The notes: generated from the letters alone by a model not told the origin. DNA of 57,897 nt from Promethearchaeia archaeon (GCA_029856085.1 JAHQWI010000034.1:1-57897), one strand, 5' to 3'. Shown: positions 44,837 through 55,838, counted from the first letter of the stretch. Numbers and translations: made by a program.

Positions 44837-46549
44837 TTGAGATTAAAGTATATTTATCCATTATTTGCATTTTTAATTTTTATGGTTTTAACTACGATTT
44901 TTTTAATACAAGAATATATCTGGATAATAATCCCTTCTTTCATAATATTTTACCCTATGCCATATCTTTCTGGGCTTAAAGAGACAGCACAGAACAAAAG
45001 TGTGGTTGTTAAAATAAAAAATAAATCACCATTCATGATCCCGATTTTGTTCTTCTCATTACCTACAATTATAATCAATAGCATTTTTCTTTTTGCAAAT
45101 GTAATTGCCTTATTACTATTCTTTATGATTTATTTCATTAGTTTGTTGTTTTACTTCTCAGGAATTTACATTTTAATTCGAGATCTAAAAAAACAATTTG
45201 AAATTACGATAGGCCCTATTGAAATTGATGAAAAACGAGACAAAAAGAAACTCTTATTAATAAATCCTGTAAATAAAGATGTAGCAGGATTAACAATAAA
45301 TCCATCCTCAACATTTCCACCTTTAGGTTTAGGAATAATAGCCGCCTTAACTCCCAACATCTTTAAAATTAAATTAATTGATGAAAATTTTGAAAATTTT
45401 GAGTATGAAGAAGCCGATCTTGTTGGGATAACAGCATTTACTTCAGTGGCGAACCGTGCCTATGAAATTGCTGCTCTTTATAAAAATATACCTGTTATTA
45501 TGGGGGGAATACATGCTTCAATGGTTCCCGAAGAAGCTTTGGAGTACGTTGACTCTGTTGTGATAGGTGAAGCAGAGAGTATTTGGCCTACAGTTATAAA
45601 TGATTTTCTTAATAATAAATTAAAAAAGAAATATGAAGGTGTTCACTTAGACTTAGAGAATACTGTTATCCCTAATAGAAAGATATATAGTAATAAATAT
45701 TTATTTGGGACTTTACAAACTTCAAGAGGTTGTCCTATGGATTGTTACTTCTGTTCGGTAAGTGTATTTAATGGAAGAAAATACAGGCAACGTCCCTACG
45801 AAGAAGTATTAGATGAATTGGAACAAATACCTCAAAGAATGATTTTCTTTGTGGATGATAATATTCTTGGATATGGTAAAGGCGCTGAAGAGAGAGCAAT
45901 TAACCTTTTTAAAGGAATGGTGGAGAGAAAATTGAATAAAACATGGTTCTGCCAAGCTTCATTAAATTTTGGAAGCAATGAAGAAGTCATAAAATGGGCA
46001 GCGAAAGCAGGATGTAAAATGGTATTCTTAGGATTAGAATCCGCTGATCCCGAAGAACTTAAAGTAATGGATAAAAAATTGAACCTCCAACTTGATTATG
46101 AAAGAGCTTTCAACAAAATTAATAAATACAAAATCGCAGTTTTAGGAGCATTCATTTTTGGTTCTGATTCGGAAACAAAAGAAAGTATGTATAGGAAAGT
46201 CAAATACATATTAAAAAATCGTATTGATGTTATCCAAACTACTACTTTAACCCCTTTACCTGGAACAAGATTGTTTAAGGAATTACAGCAAAATGAAAGA
46301 CTCATTTATACTAATTTTCCTCAAGATTGGAATCTCTATGATATGGGACATTTAACTTATAAGGTTAATAATATGGAAAATGAAGAATTTCTGAGAAGAA
46401 ATAGAAAATGTTCAAGAAAACTTTATTCTAAATTTTCATTGTATAAAAAATTCTTTAAGACGTGGATTCATTGTAAAAGTTTACAGACCGCAATGTGGGC
46501 TTATAGTTCTAATAAAAATTATAGGAATGTTTCTTTATCAAGTCCCTAA
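44837..46549 (+). CDS. B12-binding-domain radical SAM protein with an N-terminal membrane domain of about 4 TM helices
   Basis: The first ~120 aa are hydrophobic helices. They are followed by a B12-binding-like Rossmann segment (PPLGLGIIAALTP...ADLVGITAFTS...VIMGGIHAS) and the radical SAM cluster motif CPMDCYFC. Confidence 0.8.
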   Translation: MRLKYIYPLFAFLIFMVLTTIFLIQEYIWIIIPSFIIFYPMPYLSGLKETAQNKSVVVKIKNKSPFMIPILFFSLPTIIINSIFLFANVIALLLFFMIYFISLLFYFSGIYILIRDLKKQFEITIGPIEIDEKRDKKKLLLINPVNKDVAGLTINPSSTFPPLGLGIIAALTPNIFKIKLIDENFENFEYEEADLVGITAFTSVANRAYEIAALYKNIPVIMGGIHASMVPEEALEYVDSVVIGEAESIWPTVINDFLNNKLKKKYEGVHLDLENTVIPNRKIYSNKYLFGTLQTSRGCPMDCYFCSVSVFNGRKYRQRPYEEVLDELEQIPQRMIFFVDDNILGYGKGAEERAINLFKGMVERKLNKTWFCQASLNFGSNEEVIKWAAKAGCKMVFLGLESADPEELKVMDKKLNLQLDYERAFNKINKYKIAVLGAFIFGSDSETKESMYRKVKYILKNRIDVIQTTTLTPLPGTRLFKELQQNERLIYTNFPQDWNLYDMGHLTYKVNNMENEEFLRRNRKCSRKLYSKFSLYKKFFKTWIHCKSLQTAMWAYSSNKNYRNVSLSSP

Positions 46550-46565
46550 GCTCTTTCAGATTATT

Positions 46566-47567
46566 TTAATCTTGAGACAATTTTTCCTTTAAAGCTTCTG
46601 TTAATAGCGGGACAATAACTTTATAATCGCCTACAATACCATAATCACACACATCAAATATGGGCGCATTAGGATCTTTATTAATCGCAATAATCTTTTT
46701 ACTGCTTTTCATACCCACTAAATGTTGTGTTGTGCCAGATATCCCACATGCAATATAGATGTTTGGGCATACAACTGTGCCACTTTGTCCTACTTGACAT
46801 GATTTAGAGATCCAACCCGCATCAACTGCGGCTCTACTCGCACCTACCGCAGCATTCAAAACACCTGCTAATTCATCAATGATTTTAAAATTTTCTTTAC
46901 TCCCAATTCCTCTACCCCCCGATACAATGACATCTGCCTCATCAATTGGTTTTATATCTATTACTGTTGTTTCAATTTTTTCAGTTACTTTTGTTTTAAG
47001 TTGATTAGGATCTATATCTATAGGAACATTAATAATTTCAGGCTGATTTTTCTCTAGTGCTTCTGATCTCTCCATTACATTCGGTCTCACAGTTGCCATT
47101 TGAGGTCTGTTTTTGGGGCATATTATATCTGCTAAATAATTTCCCCCATATACTGTACGAGTTTGCACTAAATTACCATCTTGAATATCTAACTCAATGC
47201 AATCTGCTGTTAAACCTGTCTCCAACGCAGCTGCGATTCTTGGTGCTAAATCCCGTCCAAGCTTAGTTGCAGGAAATAATAGTATACTTGGTATATATTC
47301 CTTAATTAGGTTTATAAGTATTGAAGAAAATGTTTCAGTAAGGTACTCCCCTAGTATCGAATCCTCACATAGATAAATTCTGTCTATACCATGATAGGAG
47401 AAATCTTCACAGAATTTCGATACATTGCTACCAAGAAGAACAACACATACCTTCTCATTAGATTTTTTTGCCAGTTCTTTAGCCTTTCCTATAATTTCAA
47501 AAGAAACACCTCTAATACTATTCTTCTTAAACTCTATAAATACCCATATATCTTTATTGTCTGCCAT
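46566..47567 (-). CDS. etfA: Electron transfer flavoprotein alpha subunit
   Basis: The C-terminal FAD block VSGGRGIG...LAGVLNAAVGASRAAVDAGW...QVGQSGTVV.P..YIACGISG..QH..G is canonical EtfA. Confidence 0.9.
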   Translation of the reverse strand: MADNKDIWVFIEFKKNSIRGVSFEIIGKAKELAKKSNEKVCVVLLGSNVSKFCEDFSYHGIDRIYLCEDSILGEYLTETFSSILINLIKEYIPSILLFPATKLGRDLAPRIAAALETGLTADCIELDIQDGNLVQTRTVYGGNYLADIICPKNRPQMATVRPNVMERSEALEKNQPEIINVPIDIDPNQLKTKVTEKIETTVIDIKPIDEADVIVSGGRGIGSKENFKIIDELAGVLNAAVGASRAAVDAGWISKSCQVGQSGTVVCPNIYIACGISGTTQHLVGMKSSKKIIAINKDPNAPIFDVCDYGIVGDYKVIVPLLTEALKEKLSQD

Positions 47568-47569
47568 AA

Positions 47570-48355
47570 TTAAATCACCTTATCTTTATTTAATAGTTCC
47601 ATTAATTTTTCTATTGCTGCTTTTGGCTCATCAGTAATTACAATACCTTGCTCTCTCTTTGGAGGTTTATAGAGCTTTATAATTTTTATTAAGGATCCAG
47701 CAGAACCAAATTTACTCTTATCGCCTTTTATATCCTCTGCATTCCAAACCTCAAACGGTTTTTTTTGAGCGGCAATTATTTTTGGTAATGGGGGTATGCT
47801 TGGTTGATAATATGATGGTGGAATTCCAGCAATAACTAAAGGAAGCTCTGATTCTATTATGCTATACCCTTCATCTGTTTGGACTTTTATTTTAATTTTT
47901 CCAATTTCTACATTCTCAATGCTCTCGGTATACGTCACTTGTGGAAGATCTAATCTCTCAGCGATTTCTGGTCCAACTTGACCTGAACCAGTATCAAGAG
48001 AAGAATTACCACAAAAAATAATATCATAATCACCAATTTTCTTTAAAGCCGCAGCAAGGATATTGGATGTTCCAAAAGTGTCGGATTCTAGAAATTTTTC
48101 ATCATTGAGCAGTATTGCTTTATCAGCACCTAAGGCTAAACATCTCATCAGTGTGCTTTTTGTTTCCGAATCACCCATAGAAATTGCTATAATCTCATCT
48201 CCTTCTTTTCTTATTTTACTAGCTTCTTCTAAAACAAATTGATCAAAAAAATTTATAATTGTTGAGACTCCTTTTTTCAATACTCTATTTGCATTCGGAT
48301 CGATTTTAAGGTCGTTTGATTCAGGGACCTGCTTTACACATACGATAAATCTCAT
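47570..48355 (-). CDS. etfB: Electron transfer flavoprotein beta subunit
   Basis: IVCVKQVP..N..D..ALE.A......GDEIIAISMG, DIIFCGNSSLDTGSGQVGP.IAERL. Sits 2 nt from etfA. Confidence 0.9.
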   Translation of the reverse strand: MRFIVCVKQVPESNDLKIDPNANRVLKKGVSTIINFFDQFVLEEASKIRKEGDEIIAISMGDSETKSTLMRCLALGADKAILLNDEKFLESDTFGTSNILAAALKKIGDYDIIFCGNSSLDTGSGQVGPEIAERLDLPQVTYTESIENVEIGKIKIKVQTDEGYSIIESELPLVIAGIPPSYYQPSIPPLPKIIAAQKKPFEVWNAEDIKGDKSKFGSAGSLIKIIKLYKPPKREQGIVITDEPKAAIEKLMELLNKDKVI

Positions 48356-48451
48356 AGTTCTAAAAAAAGGTTAATTGATATAAAATATTTAATTTAAATC
48401 TTTGAAGATTTAATTTATTTTTTATGAAAAATAAAAAAAAAGTTATTGAAA

Positions 48452-49642
48452 TTATTTGTAGGATATTAATTCCTTACCAAGAAGTTCTCTGGCAACAATC
48501 ATTTTCATAACTTCACGAGTGCCCTCAGCTAACGAAAAGGATCTTACCGCCCTCCATGCTGCTTGGTCTGGGCATTCTCTAGAATATCCAAATGCTCCTT
48601 GCCACTGAAGTGCATCATTAATAGCTTCGCAAGCCCAGTCCGAAGCGAACATCTTTGCCATTGCTACAATTTTACTCGTTTCAAATCTGTTTCCTTTTCC
48701 TTCTTGCTCTAAGTCAATAGCCCTTAACGCTTCATAACCAAGACGCTTTAACATTTCTAATTTTGTATAGTGTTCTGCTAATCTAAAATTAATCTCCTGA
48801 AATTTAGCCAATGGTTGTCCAAATACCTTTCTCTCTTTCGCATAATTCATACCATTCTCTAGTGATTTCAGACCAGCAGCAGCACAGATTACAGCAATTA
48901 ATGCTCTAGCATACTCATAGCCTTCATGAATGATGTAAAATCCTTTATTTTCTTCACCGAGTATATAGTGTTTAGGAATTTTTACATTATCGATCGAAAA
49001 TCCCCCGCATGAAATACCTTCACGACCTAAATCTTCGATATAAGTGGGTGTAATTCCCTCAGCTGTTAAAGGTAAGTAAAACACAGTCATTCCTCTTGAG
49101 CCTAACTCAGGAGTTTGATGAGCAATAGTAATATGACCTCCTCCATTAGTAGCTGCTTCTCGTACGCCACTGATATACATTTTTTCACCATTAACTATAA
49201 AGAAATCTCCATCCTTCTTAATATTCGTTTTTCCACCTACAACATCAGTTCCACCACCACTTTCGGTAGTAGCAATTCCTAGAAACCAATCCCCTGCGGT
49301 AGCTTTAGGAAATATTTCTTTTTTTGCTTCTTCAGTCCCATATTTGTTTAGTAGAAAACCCCACGCAGCTTGAACTAGATAAAACACGCATGTCGAACCT
49401 GTACAGTCTCCTTTAGCTAATTCTTCTGCGATAACTCCTGCTGTAACGGCATTTAATCCAGAACCTCCATAGGCAGGATCTGCTGTACATGCAAGTAAAC
49501 CTAATTCTGCCATACCTTTTATAACGTCTTGCGGAATCTCCTTGTTTTTTTCCATCTCAAGTGCAATTGGAGCAATTTTTCTTTGGGCAAATTCTGAAAC
49601 ACTCTGCTTAATTAATTTTTGCTCTTCTGTAAATTCTATCAT
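48452..49642 (-). CDS. Acyl-CoA dehydrogenase (butyryl-CoA dehydrogenase-like)
   Basis: GIATTESGGGTDV, FIVNGEKMYISG, QPLAKFQ, and the C-terminal catalytic-base region LAEGTREVMKMIVAREL. Confidence 0.9.
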   Translation of the reverse strand: MIEFTEEQKLIKQSVSEFAQRKIAPIALEMEKNKEIPQDVIKGMAELGLLACTADPAYGGSGLNAVTAGVIAEELAKGDCTGSTCVFYLVQAAWGFLLNKYGTEEAKKEIFPKATAGDWFLGIATTESGGGTDVVGGKTNIKKDGDFFIVNGEKMYISGVREAATNGGGHITIAHQTPELGSRGMTVFYLPLTAEGITPTYIEDLGREGISCGGFSIDNVKIPKHYILGEENKGFYIIHEGYEYARALIAVICAAAGLKSLENGMNYAKERKVFGQPLAKFQEINFRLAEHYTKLEMLKRLGYEALRAIDLEQEGKGNRFETSKIVAMAKMFASDWACEAINDALQWQGAFGYSRECPDQAAWRAVRSFSLAEGTREVMKMIVARELLGKELISYK

Positions 49643-49761
49643 AAGATTTATACCTTTAAATTAATTTTTTTAAGTTTTTATAAGATTAAAATTCAATCGT
49701 AAACTTTAAACTTATTCAATTTGATAGCGCACGAGAAAAAAATAAAAAGTTATTGACATTC

Positions 49762-51108
49762 TTATTTTGGATGCTCATTTCGTATAATTGTGGCAGCACC
49801 CATACCTAACCCTACACACATTGAAGATATTGCATATTCTTTGCCAGATTCTTCCAATTGGTGAAGATTTGAACCTATTAAACGGGTTCCAGTCATCCCT
49901 GTTGGATGCCCCAAAGCAATTGCCCCACCCCATGGGTTAAATCGTTCATCTTTCCAATCTAATCCTAAATCATAGCAACTAGCATATACAACAGGGCTAA
50001 AGGCTTCATTTACTTCAATAAAAGCCATGTCATCTAAAGTCATATTTGCCCGTTTTAAAGCTTCTGGGATTGCTTTTATCGGTCCAGTTAGCATGAGAAC
50101 TGGATCAGTTCCAACAACCGCGAAGTTAACTATACTTGCTCTTATTTTAAGGCCATATTCTTCGGCTAGCTCTCTTGTCATCCATAATTGTGCAGCAGCA
50201 CCATCAGTTGTAGGACAACTATTACCTGCAGTTAGAAAAGCCTTACTTTTTCTTCCAGCTATTGTTCTTAAGCTTGTTAATTTTTCCATCGATGTGGTAG
50301 GGCGGGGAGTTTCATCTTTTTCAGTTAGTACTGACAAACTTGGATCTTTCGCGATCTCTTTTTTTTCATTTAACATAGGATTTCCATTCTCATCAATTTT
50401 AGGACACCATATAGGTTCGATTTCTTTTCCTCTTTTATCCCATGTGGAGCATGCTTTCTTATGAGAATGTAGAGATAAGCCATCTAATTCATTTCTAAAT
50501 TCTTCCAAGGTTTTACCAGATTTATCCCTCCATACTGCACCAAGGTAATGAGCAGCAGTAATCTGATCTGCCATTTGAGCTTTATATTCTTGTGCTTTTC
50601 GTACTACCTCAGGGTTTGATTGGATCTTTTTATTTGGTGGTATCATTACAGCTTTATTTTGTTCTCTATCAAATATATACGTATCTGACATTATGGGATA
50701 CTTATTTTGAACTTCTACACCTCCACATATTACGCAATCATGGATTCCTGATGCAATTGCCTGCCATGAAGACATCACAGCTTGAGCTCCACCAGCACAT
50801 TGACGATTTATAGACATCCCTGGTACACTTACAGGTAAATGAGCGGCTAATGCTGCAGTTCTTCCAATATCTAAAGCACAATCACCAATTTGACTATTAC
50901 ATGCAACGATAGAGTCTCCTATTGAGCTTAGATCAAATTTATTGCGTTTTAATATGGTTTCATAGCAATGAACAACAAGATCATCTCCTCTATGCCATAC
51001 AATAGTACCTCTTCTTTTACCCATAGGTGTTCTAACATAATCTACAAGTACAGGCACCCGTTTAGGGTCTTTGAAGTATTTTTCATACATACTTACTGGT
51101 TCAGCCAT
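49762..51108 (-). CDS. Acetyl-CoA C-acyltransferase (thiolase) with an internal insertion
   Basis: INRQCAGGAQAV (active-site Cys), NEAFSPV, GGAIALGHPTG and CVGLGMGAAT. About 60 extra residues sit in the middle compared with compact thiolases. Confidence 0.85.
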   Translation of the reverse strand: MAEPVSMYEKYFKDPKRVPVLVDYVRTPMGKRRGTIVWHRGDDLVVHCYETILKRNKFDLSSIGDSIVACNSQIGDCALDIGRTAALAAHLPVSVPGMSINRQCAGGAQAVMSSWQAIASGIHDCVICGGVEVQNKYPIMSDTYIFDREQNKAVMIPPNKKIQSNPEVVRKAQEYKAQMADQITAAHYLGAVWRDKSGKTLEEFRNELDGLSLHSHKKACSTWDKRGKEIEPIWCPKIDENGNPMLNEKKEIAKDPSLSVLTEKDETPRPTTSMEKLTSLRTIAGRKSKAFLTAGNSCPTTDGAAAQLWMTRELAEEYGLKIRASIVNFAVVGTDPVLMLTGPIKAIPEALKRANMTLDDMAFIEVNEAFSPVVYASCYDLGLDWKDERFNPWGGAIALGHPTGMTGTRLIGSNLHQLEESGKEYAISSMCVGLGMGAATIIRNEHPK

Positions 51109-51181
51109 TATATCTCAATTTATTTGAAATTTTCTAGAGTTTAATGAAATCTAATTAATTAATTTTTTTTAAGATTGAAAA

Positions 51182-52114
51182 TTGTTTGATATGAAAATAT
51201 CCTTAATATTAAGTGAAAAAAAAATGCTGAAAGGAATCCATTTCTTATTAACCTATACATGTAATTATTCATGTGATCACTGTTTTTTATATTGCAGCCC
51301 AAGTTCTCAAGGAACATTCACTTTAAAACAAATCAAAGAAGTTCTTCATGAAGCAAAGAAAATTGAAACCGTGGAATGGATCTATTTCGAAGGTGGTGAA
51401 CCATTTCTTTATTATCCAATAATGGTCGAAGGTGCAAAACTCGCGAAAGAGAAGGGATTTAAGGTAGGAATAGTAACCAACTCATATTGGGCAACTAGTA
51501 TTGAAGATGCTGAAATTTGGCTCATACCGTTTTCAAAATTGGGTGTAGATAATATTAGTATAAGTGATGACACATTTCACTACGAAGATGAAAAACAGAA
51601 TCTATCAAAAATTGCCAAGAAAGCTTCTAAGAATCTAAAGCTACCTGCAATGACCATAAGCATTGAGGAACCAATAGTTAAGAAAGAACAAGAAAAGGGA
51701 AAGCCTGTTATTAGCGGTGGAGCTATGTTCAAAGGGAGAGCTGTTGAAAATTTGATTGAAGGTTTACCAAAAAGACCATGGGAAGATTTGAATGAATGTC
51801 CATATGAAGATTTTAAAGAACTTGGGAGAATTCATGTTGATCCGTTTGGAAACGCACACATTTGTCAAGGATTAAGCATAGGTAACTTTTGGGAAACCCC
51901 ACTATCAGAATTAATCAAGAATTATAATGCAAATTCACACCCAATATGCGATCCATTAATTCGAGGAGGTCCTACTCAATTAGTTAAGGAATTTGATATT
52001 AGGCATGAGAAGGAGTATGTGGATGAATGTCATCTCTGTTATCTTGCTAGGTTGAGTTTAATAGACAGATTTCCAAAATATCTTGCACCAAGGCAAGTCT
52101 ATGGACTAGATTAA
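51182..52114 (+). CDS. Radical SAM protein with a Cys-rich C-terminal (SPASM-like) region
   Basis: CNYSCDHC (CxxxCxxC) near the N-terminus, and C-terminal cysteines (CPYED..., HICQG, HPICD, CHLCY). The start is uncertain: TTG 51182, ATG 51191, or the ATG encoding MLKGIHF. Confidence 0.75.
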   Translation: MFDMKISLILSEKKMLKGIHFLLTYTCNYSCDHCFLYCSPSSQGTFTLKQIKEVLHEAKKIETVEWIYFEGGEPFLYYPIMVEGAKLAKEKGFKVGIVTNSYWATSIEDAEIWLIPFSKLGVDNISISDDTFHYEDEKQNLSKIAKKASKNLKLPAMTISIEEPIVKKEQEKGKPVISGGAMFKGRAVENLIEGLPKRPWEDLNECPYEDFKELGRIHVDPFGNAHICQGLSIGNFWETPLSELIKNYNANSHPICDPLIRGGPTQLVKEFDIRHEKEYVDECHLCYLARLSLIDRFPKYLAPRQVYGLD

Positions 52115-52268
52115 ATGATAAAATCGTATTTTTTACTTTTCTTACGTTTTTGTCGATATTTTTCGCTAACGAAAGTGTTAAATACAACTTTTTATGTAAT
52201 TTAATGGTATAAATTAGGTTCAGAATTATTAATTTCTCTTCTTTAAAATCTAACAGGGATGATTAGAT

Positions 52269-55200
52269 ATGATTGAATCAAAAGAAAGATCTAAAATTTT
52301 TCAAGAAAATTGTGAATTAATTACAGAAAACATAAATGAATTAATTATAATTATAAATCAAGTAGGTGAAATTGAATCCATTAACAATTTACCCTTGATA
52401 AAGTCTTTAGGGTATGAAAGTGATGATATAATAGGAAAATCTTGGTTAAATTATGTACATAGTGAAGACCTCGAAACTGCAATTAATGTATTAGAGAATT
52501 GTACTGAAGGTAAGCCAGTTGTTCAAGAGTTAAGATTAAAACATGCGAATGGGAGCTATAAAAATTTTAAATTTTTCTGTAAATTAACAAAAAATTTTAA
52601 TGAATCGAATGGTTTTTTAATTTTTTTAAGACCTGAACAACGATTAAAAGAATCAAATGAGTTTTATAAAACCATATTGGATTGTGTCATTAATGGTGTC
52701 TGGGTAACTAATAAGGATGACATAATTTTTTTTACCAATAAAGGCATGGAAACAATTGCGGGAATAGCAGCAGCTCAAATTGTTGATGTCAGAGTTTTGA
52801 AAGATTTTCCTGAGAGTACATTGAAATATTTTAGATCTTACTATCTAAAAGCTAAAGAAGCATTAGAACCAGTTTATTATAATGCAGTACCTGTTAAAAC
52901 ACCTGGGGGTAGACAAAGCTATCAATCTGGATGGTTAATTCCAAGGACTCAAGATGGTAAATATGATGGGATGATATGTACGGTTGAAGATGTTACTGAA
53001 CGCATAGAATATGAACAAGAATTAAAGGAATCAAAAGTACAATTAGGGAAATTTAATAAAGAGTTAGAACAAAAAGTTGAAGAAAGAACTAGTGCATTAA
53101 AAGAATCTGAAGAAAAATATCGCATGTTGATTGATAGTATTTCAGATGTTATTTTTGAAATTGATTTAGATGGGAAGATTATCTATTTAAGCCCTCAGAC
53201 AACTTATATGTTAGGTTATCGACCAGAACATTTAATTAATAAAAATTCATTTACATTCATCCATCCTGATGATCAAGAAAAAGTGTTAGAACACCATAAT
53301 TATATTATAAATTCTGGAGGAATTGGCTCTGTAGAATTCCGAATTCGTCATAAAAAAGGTTATTTTATTTCAGTTTCTTCAAGAGGTCAATTAACTAAAA
53401 AGGATAATGAAAAGAGAATTGTAGGTTCATTTAGAGATATAACAGAGTGTAATAAAATTAAGGAAAAGGTACAACTAGAACGAGAGAAAGCTGAATTGTA
53501 TTTAAATCTTGTAAATGTACTCATCGTTGCGCTAGATAGAGATGGACATATTTCAATGATAAACCAAAAAGGAAGAGAGATTTTAGGATGGAATGAAGGA
53601 GAATTAATTGGTAAGAATTGGTTTGAAAACTGTCTTCCTTTAGTTGATCGCGATAAAGTATATAGTTATTATAATCAACTCATGAAAGGAACAATTGGGG
53701 TAAAACCGTTCTATGAAAATTCAGTAATTACTAAAAATGGAGAGGAAAGGTTAATTGCATGGTCTACCATATTGGTCAGAGATTCAAATGGTAATATAAC
53801 AGGAGCTTTAAGTTCGGGAGAAGATATCACAGAACGCGAAAAGGCTGAACAAGAATTGAGAAAGTCTGAAGAACGACTAAAATATCTCGCATCCTCAGGA
53901 CCTACAGTTATTTACACAGCCAAAGCCTCAGGAGATTATGGAAGAACTTTTTTTAGTGAAAATGTAAAAGATTTAACTGGTTGCGACCCTGATGACTTCA
54001 TTAATAATTCTGAATTATGGATTAACAATATCCATCCAGAGGATAAGGATTTAGTATTGTCAAGACTTTCAAAAATATCAAAAAAGAAAAGTATAGGGTA
54101 TGAATATCGATTTAAATTTAAAAACGAGACATATCATTGGATACGTGATGAATCTAAATTAATTACTGATGATAAAGGAAATCCAGTTGAATTAATTGGT
54201 TTTTGGTCAGATATAACATGGAGTAAAAAATCAGAAGAAAAAATACAATATCAAGCTAAACTAGTTGAAAATGTGTCCGATGCGATTATTTCTACAGATC
54301 TAGACTTTAAAATAATTACGTGGAATAAAGCTGCTGAATCTATATATGGTTGGAAAGCAGATGAAACAATAGGAAAGTACATCATTGATATAATTCCAAC
54401 TGAATACTCCAATGGTGACACAAGAACTGTAACAAAACAATTACTTGAAGAAGGTTTTTGGAATGGTGAAGTTATTCAACCACATAAAGACGGCACTCAA
54501 ATTAATATTTTGGAATCAGTTTCTATTCTTAAAGATCTTACCGGAAACCCAATAGGAGTTATAGCAATCAATCATAATATTACAGAGCGTAAAAAAGCAG
54601 AACAAAAATTAAAAGAATCAGAAGAGAAATTTAGAACAATTGCAGAACAATCTTCATTAGGGATGATTATTCAACAAGATGGATTAATTAAATTTGCGAA
54701 TTCAGCTGTTTCAGATATCATTGAGTATCAATTGGAAGATATTCACAAATGGACTGCAGAAGATACTCTTAAATTCATATATAAAGAAGATTTGCAGTTA
54801 ATAATTGAAAAATTAAAACAAAGACAGGATGGTGATTTTGAGTCTATAAATCAATATGAATGTAGAGCAATTACAAAATCAGAGAAAATCAAATGGATAG
54901 ATGTCTACACAAAACCTATTATTTATCAAGGGAAGAATGCAGTTTTATCAACATTTATAGATATCACAGAGAAAAAGAAAGTAGAAGAAGAACTAAAAGA
55001 AATAAGTAGATTAAAATCCGAACTTTTAAGCAGAACTTCTCATGAATTAAAAACACCTTTAGTTTCAATAAAAGGTTATGCAGATTTATTATTAAGTCAA
55101 CACTATGAAGAACTTGATTTTTATACTATCTCTGTTTTACATGAAATCAAGCAAGGTTGTTCTCGGCTTGAATCTTTGATAAAAGATCTATTAGAAACTT

Positions 55201-55706
55201 CGAAACTTGAATCTGGTGAAATTGAATTAAATAAGGCTGAAGATGATTTAGCGTTTTTAATTAGATTTTGTGTTAGAGATTTAAAGGGGCTAGTAGAAAC
55301 TCGAAATCATGAATTAATCTTAGATATAAAAAATAAAATGATAACATATTTTGAAAAAGAAAAAATTTACGAAGTACTTATGAATTTAATAAGTAATGCA
55401 ATTAAATATACTCCTACAAATGGCAAGATTATACTTAGTTCGAAAGTTCAGAATGGGAATTATGTTATATCTGTTCAAGATACTGGTATCGGTTTAACAG
55501 ATGAAGAAAAAGCGAAGATTTTCAAAAAGTTTGGAAAAATAGAGCGTTATGGAAAAGGATTGGATGTTGTTTCTGAAGGTTCTGGTCTAGGTCTTTATAT
55601 TTCAAAAAAAATTATTGAACTTCATAAAGGTAATATATGGGTAGAATCTGAAGGGAGAAAAAAAGGCTCGATATTCTATTTCTCTTTACCAATAATAAAT
55701 AATTAA
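52269..55706 (+). CDS. Multi-PAS sensor histidine kinase (1145 aa)
   Basis: Repeated PAS/PAC units separated by coiled E/K-rich linkers. H-box SHELKTPL, N-box NLISNAIKYT, G1 DTGIGL and G2 GSGLGL. Confidence 0.95.
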   Translation: MIESKERSKIFQENCELITENINELIIIINQVGEIESINNLPLIKSLGYESDDIIGKSWLNYVHSEDLETAINVLENCTEGKPVVQELRLKHANGSYKNFKFFCKLTKNFNESNGFLIFLRPEQRLKESNEFYKTILDCVINGVWVTNKDDIIFFTNKGMETIAGIAAAQIVDVRVLKDFPESTLKYFRSYYLKAKEALEPVYYNAVPVKTPGGRQSYQSGWLIPRTQDGKYDGMICTVEDVTERIEYEQELKESKVQLGKFNKELEQKVEERTSALKESEEKYRMLIDSISDVIFEIDLDGKIIYLSPQTTYMLGYRPEHLINKNSFTFIHPDDQEKVLEHHNYIINSGGIGSVEFRIRHKKGYFISVSSRGQLTKKDNEKRIVGSFRDITECNKIKEKVQLEREKAELYLNLVNVLIVALDRDGHISMINQKGREILGWNEGELIGKNWFENCLPLVDRDKVYSYYNQLMKGTIGVKPFYENSVITKNGEERLIAWSTILVRDSNGNITGALSSGEDITEREKAEQELRKSEERLKYLASSGPTVIYTAKASGDYGRTFFSENVKDLTGCDPDDFINNSELWINNIHPEDKDLVLSRLSKISKKKSIGYEYRFKFKNETYHWIRDESKLITDDKGNPVELIGFWSDITWSKKSEEKIQYQAKLVENVSDAIISTDLDFKIITWNKAAESIYGWKADETIGKYIIDIIPTEYSNGDTRTVTKQLLEEGFWNGEVIQPHKDGTQINILESVSILKDLTGNPIGVIAINHNITERKKAEQKLKESEEKFRTIAEQSSLGMIIQQDGLIKFANSAVSDIIEYQLEDIHKWTAEDTLKFIYKEDLQLIIEKLKQRQDGDFESINQYECRAITKSEKIKWIDVYTKPIIYQGKNAVLSTFIDITEKKKVEEELKEISRLKSELLSRTSHELKTPLVSIKGYADLLLSQHYEELDFYTISVLHEIKQGCSRLESLIKDLLETSKLESGEIELNKAEDDLAFLIRFCVRDLKGLVETRNHELILDIKNKMITYFEKEKIYEVLMNLISNAIKYTPTNGKIILSSKVQNGNYVISVQDTGIGLTDEEKAKIFKKFGKIERYGKGLDVVSEGSGLGLYISKKIIELHKGNIWVESEGRKKGSIFYFSLPIINN

Positions 55707-55838
55707 AAAAAAGATTATCATCATCTTCTTTTATCTTTTGTTTTAAAAGAATTCAAATAATCAAACTCTATTACTCTATTATAATCACTATTATTTTAGT
55801 AATAATAATAATTAACAAAAGATTAAGGCTGGTATATA

